A DNA stretch of 25,360 nucleotides, from the IMG/VR virus record IMGVR_UViG_2778261536_000005, positions 1 through 25,360 of that record; one strand, written 5' to 3'. Made by a program: the position numbers and the translations under genes. The notes below the pieces were generated by a model that saw only the letters and a program-made list of their open reading frames with translations, did not search any database and was not told where the DNA came from. How positions within the stretch are numbered: position 1 is the stretch's first letter; every line of letters starts with the position of its first letter. This stretch comes from a virus (lineage: Duplodnaviria; Heunggongvirae; Uroviricota; Caudoviricetes). Positions 25,122 to 25,360 of the stretch are shown piece by piece.

Positions 25122-25360
25122 GCGGCCTCACTTCTGCTATTTCGCAGGTCTTTGAGTTTCTGCTGATACTCCGCCTTGATGGCCCTGCACTCTTCGACAG
25201 TCCAGCGATGGCGGTTATGGTTTGATTCGATTTCGTCTACTGCTTCCTGCCCGATGCGATTAATCAGTTCGACGCGATACGGAACGAGATTTCCGCTTTT
25301 GTGCTGGTTGCACACCACGCACTGAGAGATCCCCTCATAATTTCCCCAAAGCGTAACCAT
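25118..25360 (-). CDS. ninG: NinG (Rap-like), C-terminal fragment truncated by the window edge
   Basis: ORF runs to the window end; Cys-containing C-terminal region and position upstream of ninH fit lambda NinG; the 5' part lies outside the window. Confidence 0.7.
   Translation of the reverse strand: MVTLWGNYEGISQCVVCNQHKSGNLVPYRVELINRIGQEAVDEIESNHNRHRWTVEECRAIKAEYQQKLKDLRNSRSEAA

Noticed and set aside
1-25360. CRISPR arrays, insertion sequences or transposase genes
   Set aside because: No regularly spaced direct repeats and no transposase-like ORF were seen; the only repeats found are short hairpins and the two related hairpins flanking gene I.

Overview
This 25.4 kb window is a contiguous block of a lambdoid siphovirus prophage, with every supported gene on the minus strand. 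Reading the minus strand from high to low coordinates: a lambda-type nin/Q region (NinG C-terminus, NinH, Ser/Thr phosphatase, Q), a pR'-qut-tR' late control module, the lysis cassette (S, R, Rz/Rz1), an AT-rich GIY-YIG/T5orf172-like gene, an HNH endonuclease, a candidate cos region, HK97-type packaging and head genes (TerS, TerL, portal, prohead protease, major capsid), head-tail joining genes, major tail protein, G/G-T chaperone with a canonical -1 frameshift site, tape measure, M, L, K, I, J, and a tail-fibre region ending in a tail fibre assembly gene. The cos/terminase region is internal to the window, so this is an integrated or circularised genome rather than a packaged linear one. Family assignments come from reading the translated ORFs and recalling known phage proteins; no database search was run. 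Hand-located motif coordinates may be off by 1-2 nt. No single multi-gene novel system is evident; the most notable candidates are four accessory insertions (morons): a small membrane protein between K and I, a lipoprotein in the fibre region, a paralogous ORF pair after J, and the GIY-YIG-like gene after Rz. Structured hairpins also punctuate the late operon, including two near-identical ones bracketing gene I.
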